A stretch of DNA of 32,000 nt from Thermococcus kodakarensis KOD1 (GTDB lineage: Archaea > Methanobacteriota_B > Thermococci > Thermococcales > Thermococcaceae), in contig NC_006624.1 of assembly GCF_000009965.1 (NCBI RefSeq), positions 1,380,001-1,412,000 of the forward strand, read 5' to 3'. Both the position numbers and the translations under genes were made by a program. Shown here in pieces: positions 24,900 through 32,000 of this stretch (within the stretch, counting starts at the first letter, position 1; every line of letters begins with the position of its first letter). The notes under the pieces are model-generated. The model worked only from the letters and a program-made list of their open reading frames with translations. It was not told the DNA's origin and did no database searches.

Positions 24900-25999
24900 G
24901 GATGATGAACGTAATCGAGGGAATCCTCAACACGACGCTCGGCGTTGTCTTCACCTGGGTCGGGTGGAAGACATACAAGATACTCTGGAAGTACACACCC
25001 TACTCCTACCCGAACGCAAGGGTTAGGGCAATGGAGGCAAAACTCCTGACGGAACAGCGCTTTAACGAGCTCGCCGAGAGCAGAACCCTTCAGAACTTCG
25101 TTGCCAGCCTTGAGGACACCGACTACAAGGAGACCCTCTCGAACGTCTCAAGCTATTCGGTGGAGGAGATAGAGAGGGCGCTCGATGCTTCCCTCGCGAA
25201 GACCTACGAGCTCATGTTCAAGATACTTCCCAAGCGTTCAAGGGACTTCTTCAGGCTCATGATGGAGGAGTGGGACGTCAGGAACATAGCCAACGTCGTG
25301 AAGGCGAAGCTGGCAAACGAGCCCGCCTCGGACTACATTATCGAACTCGGCCCGATGCTTCCGAAGGTCAAGGCAATGGCGGAAGCCAAGACCCTAGAGG
25401 AGATACTCGTAATCCTTGAGGGCACTCCCTACGAGGGCCCATATCAGGAGCTAATCGCTGGAAACATCGACGTCAGCACGTTTGAAACCGAACTCTACAG
25501 GATGTACTATAAGAAGCTTCTCAACTATGCCCGCTCAAGGAAGGACGATGAAAAAACTCTTCTCACGGAGTTCATTAAGCTCAAGATAGACAAACTCAAC
25601 TTAATGACCACACTCAGGGGGAAACTGGCAGGGCTTTCAGCCAAGGAAATACGCTCAATGCTCATCCCCGGTGGTTCACTGGACGTTGAGCCCCTCTTGC
25701 ACATAGATTCCATCGAAATGACGCTTGCCCAGCTGGACTCAACGGAGTACGGTGAGTTCATAAGGAAAGTCCGTGAGGAGGCCGAGAAGGACATCAGCGT
25801 CATCGAGAGGGCCTTTGACGAGCACCTGATCAAAAAGGTCACGGAGTTCGACAGGTTCCATCCGCTCAGCATAGCTGCTCCCCTCGCCTACGTGCTCAAG
25901 AAGGAGAGGGAAGTCAGGAAGCTCAGGGCCATGGTAAAGCTCATAGGTGATGGCCTCGAACCTGAAGTGATCAAGGAGTTTGTGGGTGAGGTCGCATGA
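24896..25999 (+). CDS. atpC: A1AO ATP synthase subunit C
   Basis: 367 aa (d-subunit homologue), fixed by operon position. The track start GTG 24896 overlaps the atpE stop. ATG 24902/24905 are alternatives. Confidence 0.88.
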   Translation: MRMMNVIEGILNTTLGVVFTWVGWKTYKILWKYTPYSYPNARVRAMEAKLLTEQRFNELAESRTLQNFVASLEDTDYKETLSNVSSYSVEEIERALDASLAKTYELMFKILPKRSRDFFRLMMEEWDVRNIANVVKAKLANEPASDYIIELGPMLPKVKAMAEAKTLEEILVILEGTPYEGPYQELIAGNIDVSTFETELYRMYYKKLLNYARSRKDDEKTLLTEFIKLKIDKLNLMTTLRGKLAGLSAKEIRSMLIPGGSLDVEPLLHIDSIEMTLAQLDSTEYGEFIRKVREEAEKDISVIERAFDEHLIKKVTEFDRFHPLSIAAPLAYVLKKEREVRKLRAMVKLIGDGLEPEVIKEFVGEVA

Positions 26000-26304
26000 A
26001 GATAGCCGTGCTCGGGGACAGCGACACCGTACTCGGTTTCCGCCTTGCAGGTGTCCACGAGGCTTATGCCTTCGAGGAAACTCCACTGGACATTGAAAGG
26101 CTCAAGAATAAACTCAACGAACTTATTGAGAGAGAGGATGTTGGGATAATCCTGATAACCGAGAGACTGGCAGAGAAGGTCGAAATTCCCGATGTTAAGC
26201 TCCCTATCATCCTTCAGGTGCCGGACAAGTCCGGCTCTAAACTGGGTGAAAAGGCCCTCAGGGAGATAGTAAGGAGGGCCATTGGTGTCGAGTTGAAGAG
26301 GTGA
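25996..26304 (+). CDS. atpF: A1AO ATP synthase subunit F
   Basis: 102 aa, [20 protein letters not shown]... is typical of V/A-type F subunits. ATGA overlap with atpC. Confidence 0.9.
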   Translation: MKIAVLGDSDTVLGFRLAGVHEAYAFEETPLDIERLKNKLNELIEREDVGIILITERLAEKVEIPDVKLPIILQVPDKSGSKLGEKALREIVRRAIGVELKR

Positions 26305-26310
26305 AGGAAA

Positions 26311-28068
26311 ATGGGAAGGATAATACGCGTTACAGGACCACTCGTCGTTGCGGACGGCATGAAAGGGGCCAAGATGTACGAGGTCGTCCGCGTCGGAGAG
26401 ATTGGACTCATAGGAGAAATCATCCGCCTTGAGGGTGACAAGGCCGTCATACAGGTCTACGAGGAGACCGCTGGTATAAGACCGGGTGAGCCCGTCGAGG
26501 GAACGGGTTCATCCCTGAGCGTTGAGCTCGGTCCCGGGCTTTTGACAGCAATGTACGACGGTATTCAGAGGCCGCTCGAGGTTCTCAGGCAGCTCAGTGG
26601 AGATTTCATAGCGAGGGGTCTCACCGCTCCCGCTCTCCCGAGGGACAAGAAGTGGCACTTCACTCCAAAGGTCAAGGTCGGCGACAAGGTCGTCGGTGGA
26701 GACGTCCTCGGTGTAGTTCCCGAGACCAGCATCATTGAGCACAAGATACTCGTCCCGCCATGGGTCGAAGGTGAGATAGTTGAGATCGCCGAGGAGGGCG
26801 ACTACACCGTCGAGGAAGTCATAGCCAAGGTCAAGAAGCCCGACGGAACCATCGAGGAGCTCAAGATGTACCACCGCTGGCCCGTCCGTGTCAAGAGGCC
26901 CTACAAGCAGAAGCTCCCGCCGGAGGTTCCGCTCATCACCGGTCAGAGAACCATTGACACCTTCTTCAGCCAGGCCAAGGGTGGAACGGCCGCAATCCCT
27001 GGCCCGTTCGGTTCGGGTAAGACCGTCACCCAGCACCAGCTCGCGAAGTGGAGTGACGCTCAGGTCGTCGTCTACATCGGTTGCGGTGAGCGCGGTAACG
27101 AGATGACCGACGTTCTTGAGGAGTTCCCGAAGCTCAAGGACCCGAAGACCGGAAAGCCGCTCATGGAGAGAACCGTTCTCATAGCCAACACCTCAAACAT
27201 GCCCGTCGCTGCCCGTGAGGCTTCAATCTACACAGGAATCACCATCGCCGAGTACTTCCGCGACCAGGGCTACGACGTCGCTCTGATGGCAGATTCGACT
27301 TCAAGATGGGCAGAGGCCCTCCGTGAGATTTCAGGCCGTCTCGAGGAGATGCCCGGTGAGGAGGGTTATCCAGCCTATCTAGCCTCCAAGATAGCCGAGT
27401 TCTATGAGAGAGCTGGTCGTGTCATCACCCTCGGAAGCGACGAGAGGGTAGGCAGTGTTTCGGTCATAGGTGCCGTTTCACCGCCCGGCGGTGACTTCAG
27501 CGAGCCGGTCGTCCAGAACACCCTCCGTGTCGTCAAGGTCTTCTGGGCCCTCGACGCTGACCTCGCGAGGAGAAGGCACTTCCCAGCTATCAACTGGCTT
27601 AGGAGCTACTCGCTCTACATCGACGCCATCCAGGACTGGTGGCACAAGAACGTCGACCCAGAGTGGAGGAAGATGCGCGATACGGCAATGGCGCTCCTCC
27701 AGAAGGAGGCGGAACTCCAGGAAATCGTCCGTATCGTCGGTCCGGATGCCCTGCCAGACAGGGAGAAGGCGATACTCATCGTCACCAGGATGCTCCGTGA
27801 GGACTACCTCCAGCAGGATGCATTCGACGAGGTCGACACCTACTGCCCGCCGAAGAAGCAGGTAACGATGATGCGCGTCATCCTCAACTTCTACGAGAAG
27901 ACCATGCAGGCAGTTGACAGGGGGGTTCCTGTTGACGAGATAGCCAAGCTCCCGGTCAGGGAGAAGATAGGCCGTATGAAGTTCGAGCCAGATGTGGAGA
28001 AGGTTAGGGCGCTCATCGATGAGACGAACCAGCAGTTTGAAGAGCTCTTCAAGAAGTACGGGGCGTGA
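26311..28068 (+). CDS. atpA: A1AO ATP synthase catalytic subunit A (no intein)
   Basis: 585 aa. Walker [16 protein letters not shown], Walker B-region [36 protein letters not shown]. Confidence 0.97.
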   Translation: MGRIIRVTGPLVVADGMKGAKMYEVVRVGEIGLIGEIIRLEGDKAVIQVYEETAGIRPGEPVEGTGSSLSVELGPGLLTAMYDGIQRPLEVLRQLSGDFIARGLTAPALPRDKKWHFTPKVKVGDKVVGGDVLGVVPETSIIEHKILVPPWVEGEIVEIAEEGDYTVEEVIAKVKKPDGTIEELKMYHRWPVRVKRPYKQKLPPEVPLITGQRTIDTFFSQAKGGTAAIPGPFGSGKTVTQHQLAKWSDAQVVVYIGCGERGNEMTDVLEEFPKLKDPKTGKPLMERTVLIANTSNMPVAAREASIYTGITIAEYFRDQGYDVALMADSTSRWAEALREISGRLEEMPGEEGYPAYLASKIAEFYERAGRVITLGSDERVGSVSVIGAVSPPGGDFSEPVVQNTLRVVKVFWALDADLARRRHFPAINWLRSYSLYIDAIQDWWHKNVDPEWRKMRDTAMALLQKEAELQEIVRIVGPDALPDREKAILIVTRMLREDYLQQDAFDEVDTYCPPKKQVTMMRVILNFYEKTMQAVDRGVPVDEIAKLPVREKIGRMKFEPDVEKVRALIDETNQQFEELFKKYGA

Positions 28069-28073
28069 TGATC

Positions 28074-29465
28074 ATGCCGGGTATGGAGTACTCAACCGTT
28101 AGCAAGATTTACGGGCCGCTGATGATAGTCCAGGGCGTCAAAGGCGTTGCTTACGGTGAGGTCGTTGAGATAGAGACCGAGAGCGGCGAGAAGAGGAAGG
28201 GACAGGTCCTTGAGGCAAGGGAGGACATGGCCATCGTCCAGGTCTTCGAGGGAACCAGAGACCTCGACATCAAGACCACCAGAGTCCGCTTCACCGGCGA
28301 GACCCTCAAGGTTCCGGTTTCAATGGACATGCTCGGAAGGATATTCAACGGTATCGGTAAGCCGATCGACGGCGGCCCGGAGATCATCCCGGAGGACAGG
28401 CGCGATGTTCACGGTGCGCCGCTCAACCCGGTCGCTCGTGCCTACCCGAGGGACTTCATCCAGACCGGTATCTCGGCCATAGACGGTATGAACACGCTCG
28501 TCCGCGGCCAGAAGCTCCCGATATTCAGCGGTTCAGGTCTGCCGCACAACATGCTCGCGGCTCAGATAGCGAGGCAGGCAAAGGTCCTCGGTGAGGAGGA
28601 GCAGTTCGCGGTAGTTTTCGCGGCCATGGGTATCACCTACGAGGAGGCAAACTTCTTCAAGAAGAGCTTCGAGGAGACCGGCGCAATAGAGAGGGCGGTC
28701 CTGTTCCTTAACTTGGCAGACGACCCGGCCATCGAGCGTATCATCACCCCGCGTATGGCCCTCACAGTTGCAGAATACCTCGCCTTCGACTACGACATGC
28801 AGGTTCTCGTTATCCTTACGGATATGACCAACTACGCCGAAGCCCTTCGTGAGATTTCAGCTGCCAGAGAGGAGGTTCCCGGAAGGCGTGGCTATCCGGG
28901 TTACATGTACACTGACCTGGCAACTATCTACGAGCGTGCTGGTCGTGTGAGGGGCAAGAAGGGAAGCATAACCCAGATGCCCATCCTCACAATGCCTGAC
29001 GACGACATCACCCACCCGATTCCAGATTTGACCGGTTACATCACCGAGGGGCAGATCGTTCTCAGCAGGGAGCTCCACAGAAAGGGTATCTACCCACCAA
29101 TTGACGTTCTTCCGTCCCTCAGCCGTCTGATGAAGGACGGTATCGGTAAGGGAAGGACAAGGGAAGACCACCCGCAGCTCAGCCAGCAGCTCTACGCGGC
29201 CTACGCCGAAGGTAGGTCTCTCAGAGACCTCGTCGCAGTCGTCGGTGAGGAAGCTCTGAGCGAGACCGACAGGAAGTACCTCAAGTTCGCGGACAGGTTC
29301 GAGAGGGAGTTCGTCGCCCAGAGGTATGACGAAGACAGGAGCATCTTCGAAACCCTCGACCTTGGCTGGGAGCTTCTCGCTGAGCTCCCGGAAAGCGAGC
29401 TCAAGCGTGTCAGGAAGGAGTACATCCTCAAGTACCACCCGAAGTACAGGAAGAGGGGCGAGTGA
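28074..29465 (+). CDS. atpB: A1AO ATP synthase subunit B
   Basis: The track start is GTG 28065. In-frame ATGs lie at 28068 and 28074 ([19 protein letters not shown]). Conserved [40 protein letters not shown]. Confidence 0.95.
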   Translation: MPGMEYSTVSKIYGPLMIVQGVKGVAYGEVVEIETESGEKRKGQVLEAREDMAIVQVFEGTRDLDIKTTRVRFTGETLKVPVSMDMLGRIFNGIGKPIDGGPEIIPEDRRDVHGAPLNPVARAYPRDFIQTGISAIDGMNTLVRGQKLPIFSGSGLPHNMLAAQIARQAKVLGEEEQFAVVFAAMGITYEEANFFKKSFEETGAIERAVLFLNLADDPAIERIITPRMALTVAEYLAFDYDMQVLVILTDMTNYAEALREISAAREEVPGRRGYPGYMYTDLATIYERAGRVRGKKGSITQMPILTMPDDDITHPIPDLTGYITEGQIVLSRELHRKGIYPPIDVLPSLSRLMKDGIGKGRTREDHPQLSQQLYAAYAEGRSLRDLVAVVGEEALSETDRKYLKFADRFEREFVAQRYDEDRSIFETLDLGWELLAELPESELKRVRKEYILKYHPKYRKRGE

Positions 29466-29493
29466 GCCCCTTCAAAATTTTTAGGTGGTCGAG

Positions 29494-30138
29494 ATGGCAG
29501 AGCTGCTCAACGTGAAGCCCACCAGGATGGAGCTCCTCAACCTCAAGAGGCGCATTACTTTAGCCAAGAAGGGCCACAAGCTCCTCAAGGACAAGCAGGA
29601 CGCCCTCGTCATGGAGTTCTTCACGATCTACGACGAGGCGCTCCGCCTGAGGGAAGAGCTGAACGAGAAGATGATGGAGGCCTTTAAAGCCCTCCAGAGA
29701 GCGGAAATTGACGTCGGTACACTCCGCATGAAGGAGATAAGCCTCTCAGTCAAGCCAAACAGGGAGGTTGAGGTAAAGACCAGGAACGTGATGGGCGTTC
29801 CAGTCCCGCTCATCGAGGCCGAGTCCTTCAAGAGGAGCGCCGGAGAAAGGGGATACGCCTTCGTCTCAAGCTCGGCAAGGGTGGATCTGGCCGCAGAAAA
29901 GTTTGAAGAAGTTCTCGACCTTGCCGTCCGCCTTGCCGAGGTAGAAGAGACCCTCAAAAGGCTCGCCAAGGAGATCGAGGTCACTAAGAGGCGCGTCAAC
30001 GCTCTCGAGTACATCATAATTCCGCGCATGGAGGCAACCGTCAAGTTCATCAAGCAGCGCTTGGATGAGATGGAGCGCGAGAACTTCTTCAGGCTGAAGA
30101 GGGTCAAGGCCCTCATTGAGGCCAGAAGTGGCTCTTAA
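29494..30138 (+). CDS. atpD: A1AO ATP synthase subunit D
   Basis: The track start is GTG 29485. The ATG at 29494 lies 6 nt after AGGTGG and gives [20 protein letters not shown], the standard D-subunit N-terminus. Confidence 0.92.
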   Translation: MAELLNVKPTRMELLNLKRRITLAKKGHKLLKDKQDALVMEFFTIYDEALRLREELNEKMMEAFKALQRAEIDVGTLRMKEISLSVKPNREVEVKTRNVMGVPVPLIEAESFKRSAGERGYAFVSSSARVDLAAEKFEEVLDLAVRLAEVEETLKRLAKEIEVTKRRVNALEYIIIPRMEATVKFIKQRLDEMERENFFRLKRVKALIEARSGS

Positions 30139-30141
30139 GTG

Positions 30142-30156
30142 TTTTTCTTTTTTGTT
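30142..30156 (+). terminator. oligo-T terminator candidate ending the ATP synthase operon
   Basis: TTTTTCTTTTTTGTT (T5 and T6 runs) begins 4 nt after the atpD TAA. Confidence 0.6.
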
Positions 30157-30161
30157 CCGGT

Positions 30162-30182
30162 TTATGTAGGTTCTTATGTAGG
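30162..30182. repeat. direct repeat TTATGTAGG-TTC-TTATGTAGG immediately upstream of a TATA box
   Basis: Exact 9-mers at 30162-30170 and 30174-30182 (12-bp period). The repeat ends 8 nt before TTAAATAT at 30191-30198. Confidence 0.8.
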
Positions 30183-30190
30183 CAAACTGC

Positions 30191-30198
30191 TTAAATAT
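30191..30198 (+). promoter_or_regulatory. TATA box candidate for the MBL-fold/MCP gene pair
   Basis: TTAAATAT lies 35 nt upstream of the ATG at 30233. Confidence 0.45.
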
Positions 30199-30232
30199 TT
30201 CCTTTGTTAAACTTTTCTGGAGAGTGGTGGCT

Positions 30233-31000
30233 ATGGGAGAATACTTCATAGAACCTGGACTCGACCCTCGAAAAGACCACGTTCTCTACAGGGATGAGGA
30301 GCATACGGTCGTTTACCTAGGCACCCAGGAAGGTGGTGAGGACGTTGACGTCAACAGCTATCTGATAGTCAGCAGAGGGAGAGGTTTCCTCCTGGATCCA
30401 GGAGGGTACAAGATATTCTCAAAAGTTCTCGCAAACGCCTCCAAGTACGTCGATCCAAGGAACATAGAGTACATCTACATCTGCCACCAGGATCCCGACG
30501 TTGCCGGAAGCCTCCCCCTGTGGAGGGAGATAAGCAACGCCAAAATAGTTACCCACTGGCTCTGGACGAGGTTTCTGCCGCACTTCGGCTTTGAGGACTC
30601 CAAGAGTGTAACCCACGAGCTTCCCGATGAGGGCGAAACCCTGAACTTTGGCGCCACTACGCTTGAGTTCATACCTGCACATTTCCTCCACAGTCCGGGG
30701 CACTTCACGGTGTACGACCGCAGGAGCAAGTTTCTGTTTACTGGGGACATAGGAATAGCCCTCCTAGACGATCCCTACATAGTCGTTGAAAACATGGAAA
30801 GACACATACAAGCTATGAGGCCCATACACGAGAGGCTCATGGCGAGCAACAGGGCCATAAAGGCCTGGCTCAACAGGGTGAGACACCTCGATGTAGAGGC
30901 TATACTGCCACAGCACGGCGCTATAATTCCAAAGAGACACATTCCAAGATTCTACGACTTCCTTGAGAACCTCAAGTGCGGGGTCGATCTGCTCCGCTGA
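30233..31000 (+). CDS. metallo-beta-lactamase-fold dinuclear-metal protein, flavodiiron-core / ODP-like
   Basis: The track start is GTG 30224; ATG 30233 gives MGEYFIEPG. Ligand-like residues (track numbering) are H88-x-D90-x-D92 (ICHQDPD, nt 30485-30499), H153/H156/H160, D175 (FTGDIG) and H231 (LPQHG). Their spacing (about 67/19/56-61) mirrors the H-x-E-x-D-H...H...D...H di-iron site of flavodiiron proteins. There is no flavodoxin domain. Confidence 0.7.
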   Translation: MGEYFIEPGLDPRKDHVLYRDEEHTVVYLGTQEGGEDVDVNSYLIVSRGRGFLLDPGGYKIFSKVLANASKYVDPRNIEYIYICHQDPDVAGSLPLWREISNAKIVTHWLWTRFLPHFGFEDSKSVTHELPDEGETLNFGATTLEFIPAHFLHSPGHFTVYDRRSKFLFTGDIGIALLDDPYIVVENMERHIQAMRPIHERLMASNRAIKAWLNRVRHLDVEAILPQHGAIIPKRHIPRFYDFLENLKCGVDLLR

Positions 31001-31009
31001 GGTGGTAGC

Positions 31010-31765
31010 ATGGATATCAGGAACATAGAAAAGGCATCGAGCGCACTTGCACAATCGGTTAGAATAAAAACCTCGAGCAAAGAGTCCAGCAGGATAATCA
31101 GTGAGCTGGCGGAGGAAATCAGTGGGCAGTTCATGGATAACAACACGACCATAATAGAGAACATCGCCAAGCTTTCCGAGGTTATGGAGCAGCTTGAAAC
31201 GTTTCAGCGGGACTTTCTTCCTTTCTTTCAGCGTTTTGAGACCTTCGCCAAGGAGTTTAACACCCTCGTGGAAAACCTGGAGTACGTTTCAAGGATAAGC
31301 GACTCAATAGCAACCGTTGCAAAGCAGACAAACCTCGTTGCCTTAAACGCCTCTATTGAAGCGGCAAGGGCGGGCGACGCTGGAAGGGGTTTCGCCGTTG
31401 TGGCTGAGGAGATAAGAAAGATGGCAGTCCAGACGATGGAGCTGGCCAAGGAGATAAAGGACTTCAACTCCAAGGTAATGAACCAGCTTGAAACTCTGAG
31501 GGATGCACTGGCGGTTATGGACAGAATAAAGGAGGGAACAGAAATCCTTGGCAAAGATATAAGCACAATAGTTGAGATAAGCTCCGTCCTCAGTGAGATC
31601 TCCAAGGAGCAGGAGGAAATCGTTAACGATATCAAAAGGCTCAACGGAATAGCGGTCGCCCTCAAAAAGTTCTCGGAAATGCAGGACAGATACAATAAAG
31701 AACTAGCGTCCCTGCTTAGGAATATGGTTAGCGAATACTCGAAGGAGAGTGGTGCAAATGACTGA
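31010..31765 (+). CDS. soluble minimal methyl-accepting chemotaxis protein (signalling hairpin only)
   Basis: 251 aa with no TM, HAMP or sensor domain. Canonical MCP tip [36 protein letters not shown] (nt ~31319-31429) is centred in the protein (~120 aa per arm). GAGGTGGT SD lies 3 nt before the ATG, which is 9 nt after the upstream stop. Confidence 0.85.
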   Translation: MDIRNIEKASSALAQSVRIKTSSKESSRIISELAEEISGQFMDNNTTIIENIAKLSEVMEQLETFQRDFLPFFQRFETFAKEFNTLVENLEYVSRISDSIATVAKQTNLVALNASIEAARAGDAGRGFAVVAEEIRKMAVQTMELAKEIKDFNSKVMNQLETLRDALAVMDRIKEGTEILGKDISTIVEISSVLSEISKEQEEIVNDIKRLNGIAVALKKFSEMQDRYNKELASLLRNMVSEYSKESGAND

Positions 31766-32000
31766 AAAGCTGTTTTATAAGGATCCCTACCTTCGTGAAG
31801 CTAGGGCAAAGATTGAAAAAATTGAAGCCGTAGAAGACGGGAAGATAAGGGTTCTTCTCGACAGAACAATATTCTACCCAGAAGGGGGTGGCCAGCCCTC
31901 GGACAGGGGGATTATCGAGGGAGACGGTTTCAGGGTTCTAGTCGAGAAAGTCAGCGGAAAAGAAGAGATATGGCATGAAGGAAAGTTAGAAGGGAGGCTG
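31758..32000 (+). CDS. AlaX-type alanyl-tRNA editing protein (partial, N-terminal part only)
   Basis: The ATG at 31758 overlaps the MCP stop by 8 nt. [23 protein letters not shown]...[20 protein letters not shown] is the N-terminal signature shared by AlaX-M and the AlaRS editing module. It runs off the window end and is not in the track. Confidence 0.75.
   Translation, partial: MTEKLFYKDPYLREARAKIEKIEAVEDGKIRVLLDRTIFYPEGGGQPSDRGIIEGDGFRVLVEKVSGKEEIWHEGKLEGRL

Noticed and set aside
26311-28068. Possible intein in atpA, since some Thermococcales/Pyrococcus A subunits carry one
   Set aside because: The ORF is 585 aa with contiguous conserved catalytic motifs and no insertion after the P-loop region, so there is no intein.

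Overview
This window reads as a contiguous, densely packed chromosomal segment of a Thermococcales-type hyperthermophilic euryarchaeon. That assignment is an inference from several signals: the gene order atpHIKECFABD, a secF-secD pair, archaeal Elp3, a Nip7-like protein, a pyruvoyl SAM decarboxylase, GGTGA/GGAGG Shine-Dalgarno sites, TTTATAA/TTTTTAAG TATA boxes, and E/K-rich proteins. I support about 36 protein genes, many joined by ATGA/TGATG start-stop overlaps. I saw no rRNA, tRNA, CRISPR array, transposase, integrase or intein. Housekeeping blocks: NIF3 plus an AAA+/DUF234 ATPase (0.5-2.6 kb), Elp3 (2.7-4.5 kb), SAM decarboxylase, secF-secD-trkA (17.5-21.3 kb), the complete nine-gene A1AO ATP synthase operon (21.4-30.1 kb), and the start of an AlaX-type editing protein (31.76 kb onward). 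The accessory-looking part is 6.0-16.1 kb. It holds two divergently oriented modules that each combine an ABC-2-type exporter with signal-peptide, C-terminally anchored beta-sandwich surface proteins. The plus-strand module (11.2-16.1 kb) has eight translationally coupled ORFs, most with no family I can name. It carries one apparent frameshift in its permease and a C6 tract exactly at a possible second gene split. This is my best candidate for an undescribed system. Other points worth a second look: a di-iron metallo-beta-lactamase-fold protein coupled to a minimal soluble MCP signalling hairpin (30.2-31.8 kb) with a 9-bp direct repeat at its promoter; a KaiC-like ATPase paired with an HTH/coiled-coil protein (16.1-17.5 kb); a tandem 16-bp repeat at the promoter of the ATPase/nuclease gene; and an HdeD-like / TrkA-C membrane protein pair. 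All family assignments come from motif recognition by eye. No database search, GC calculation or structure prediction was run.
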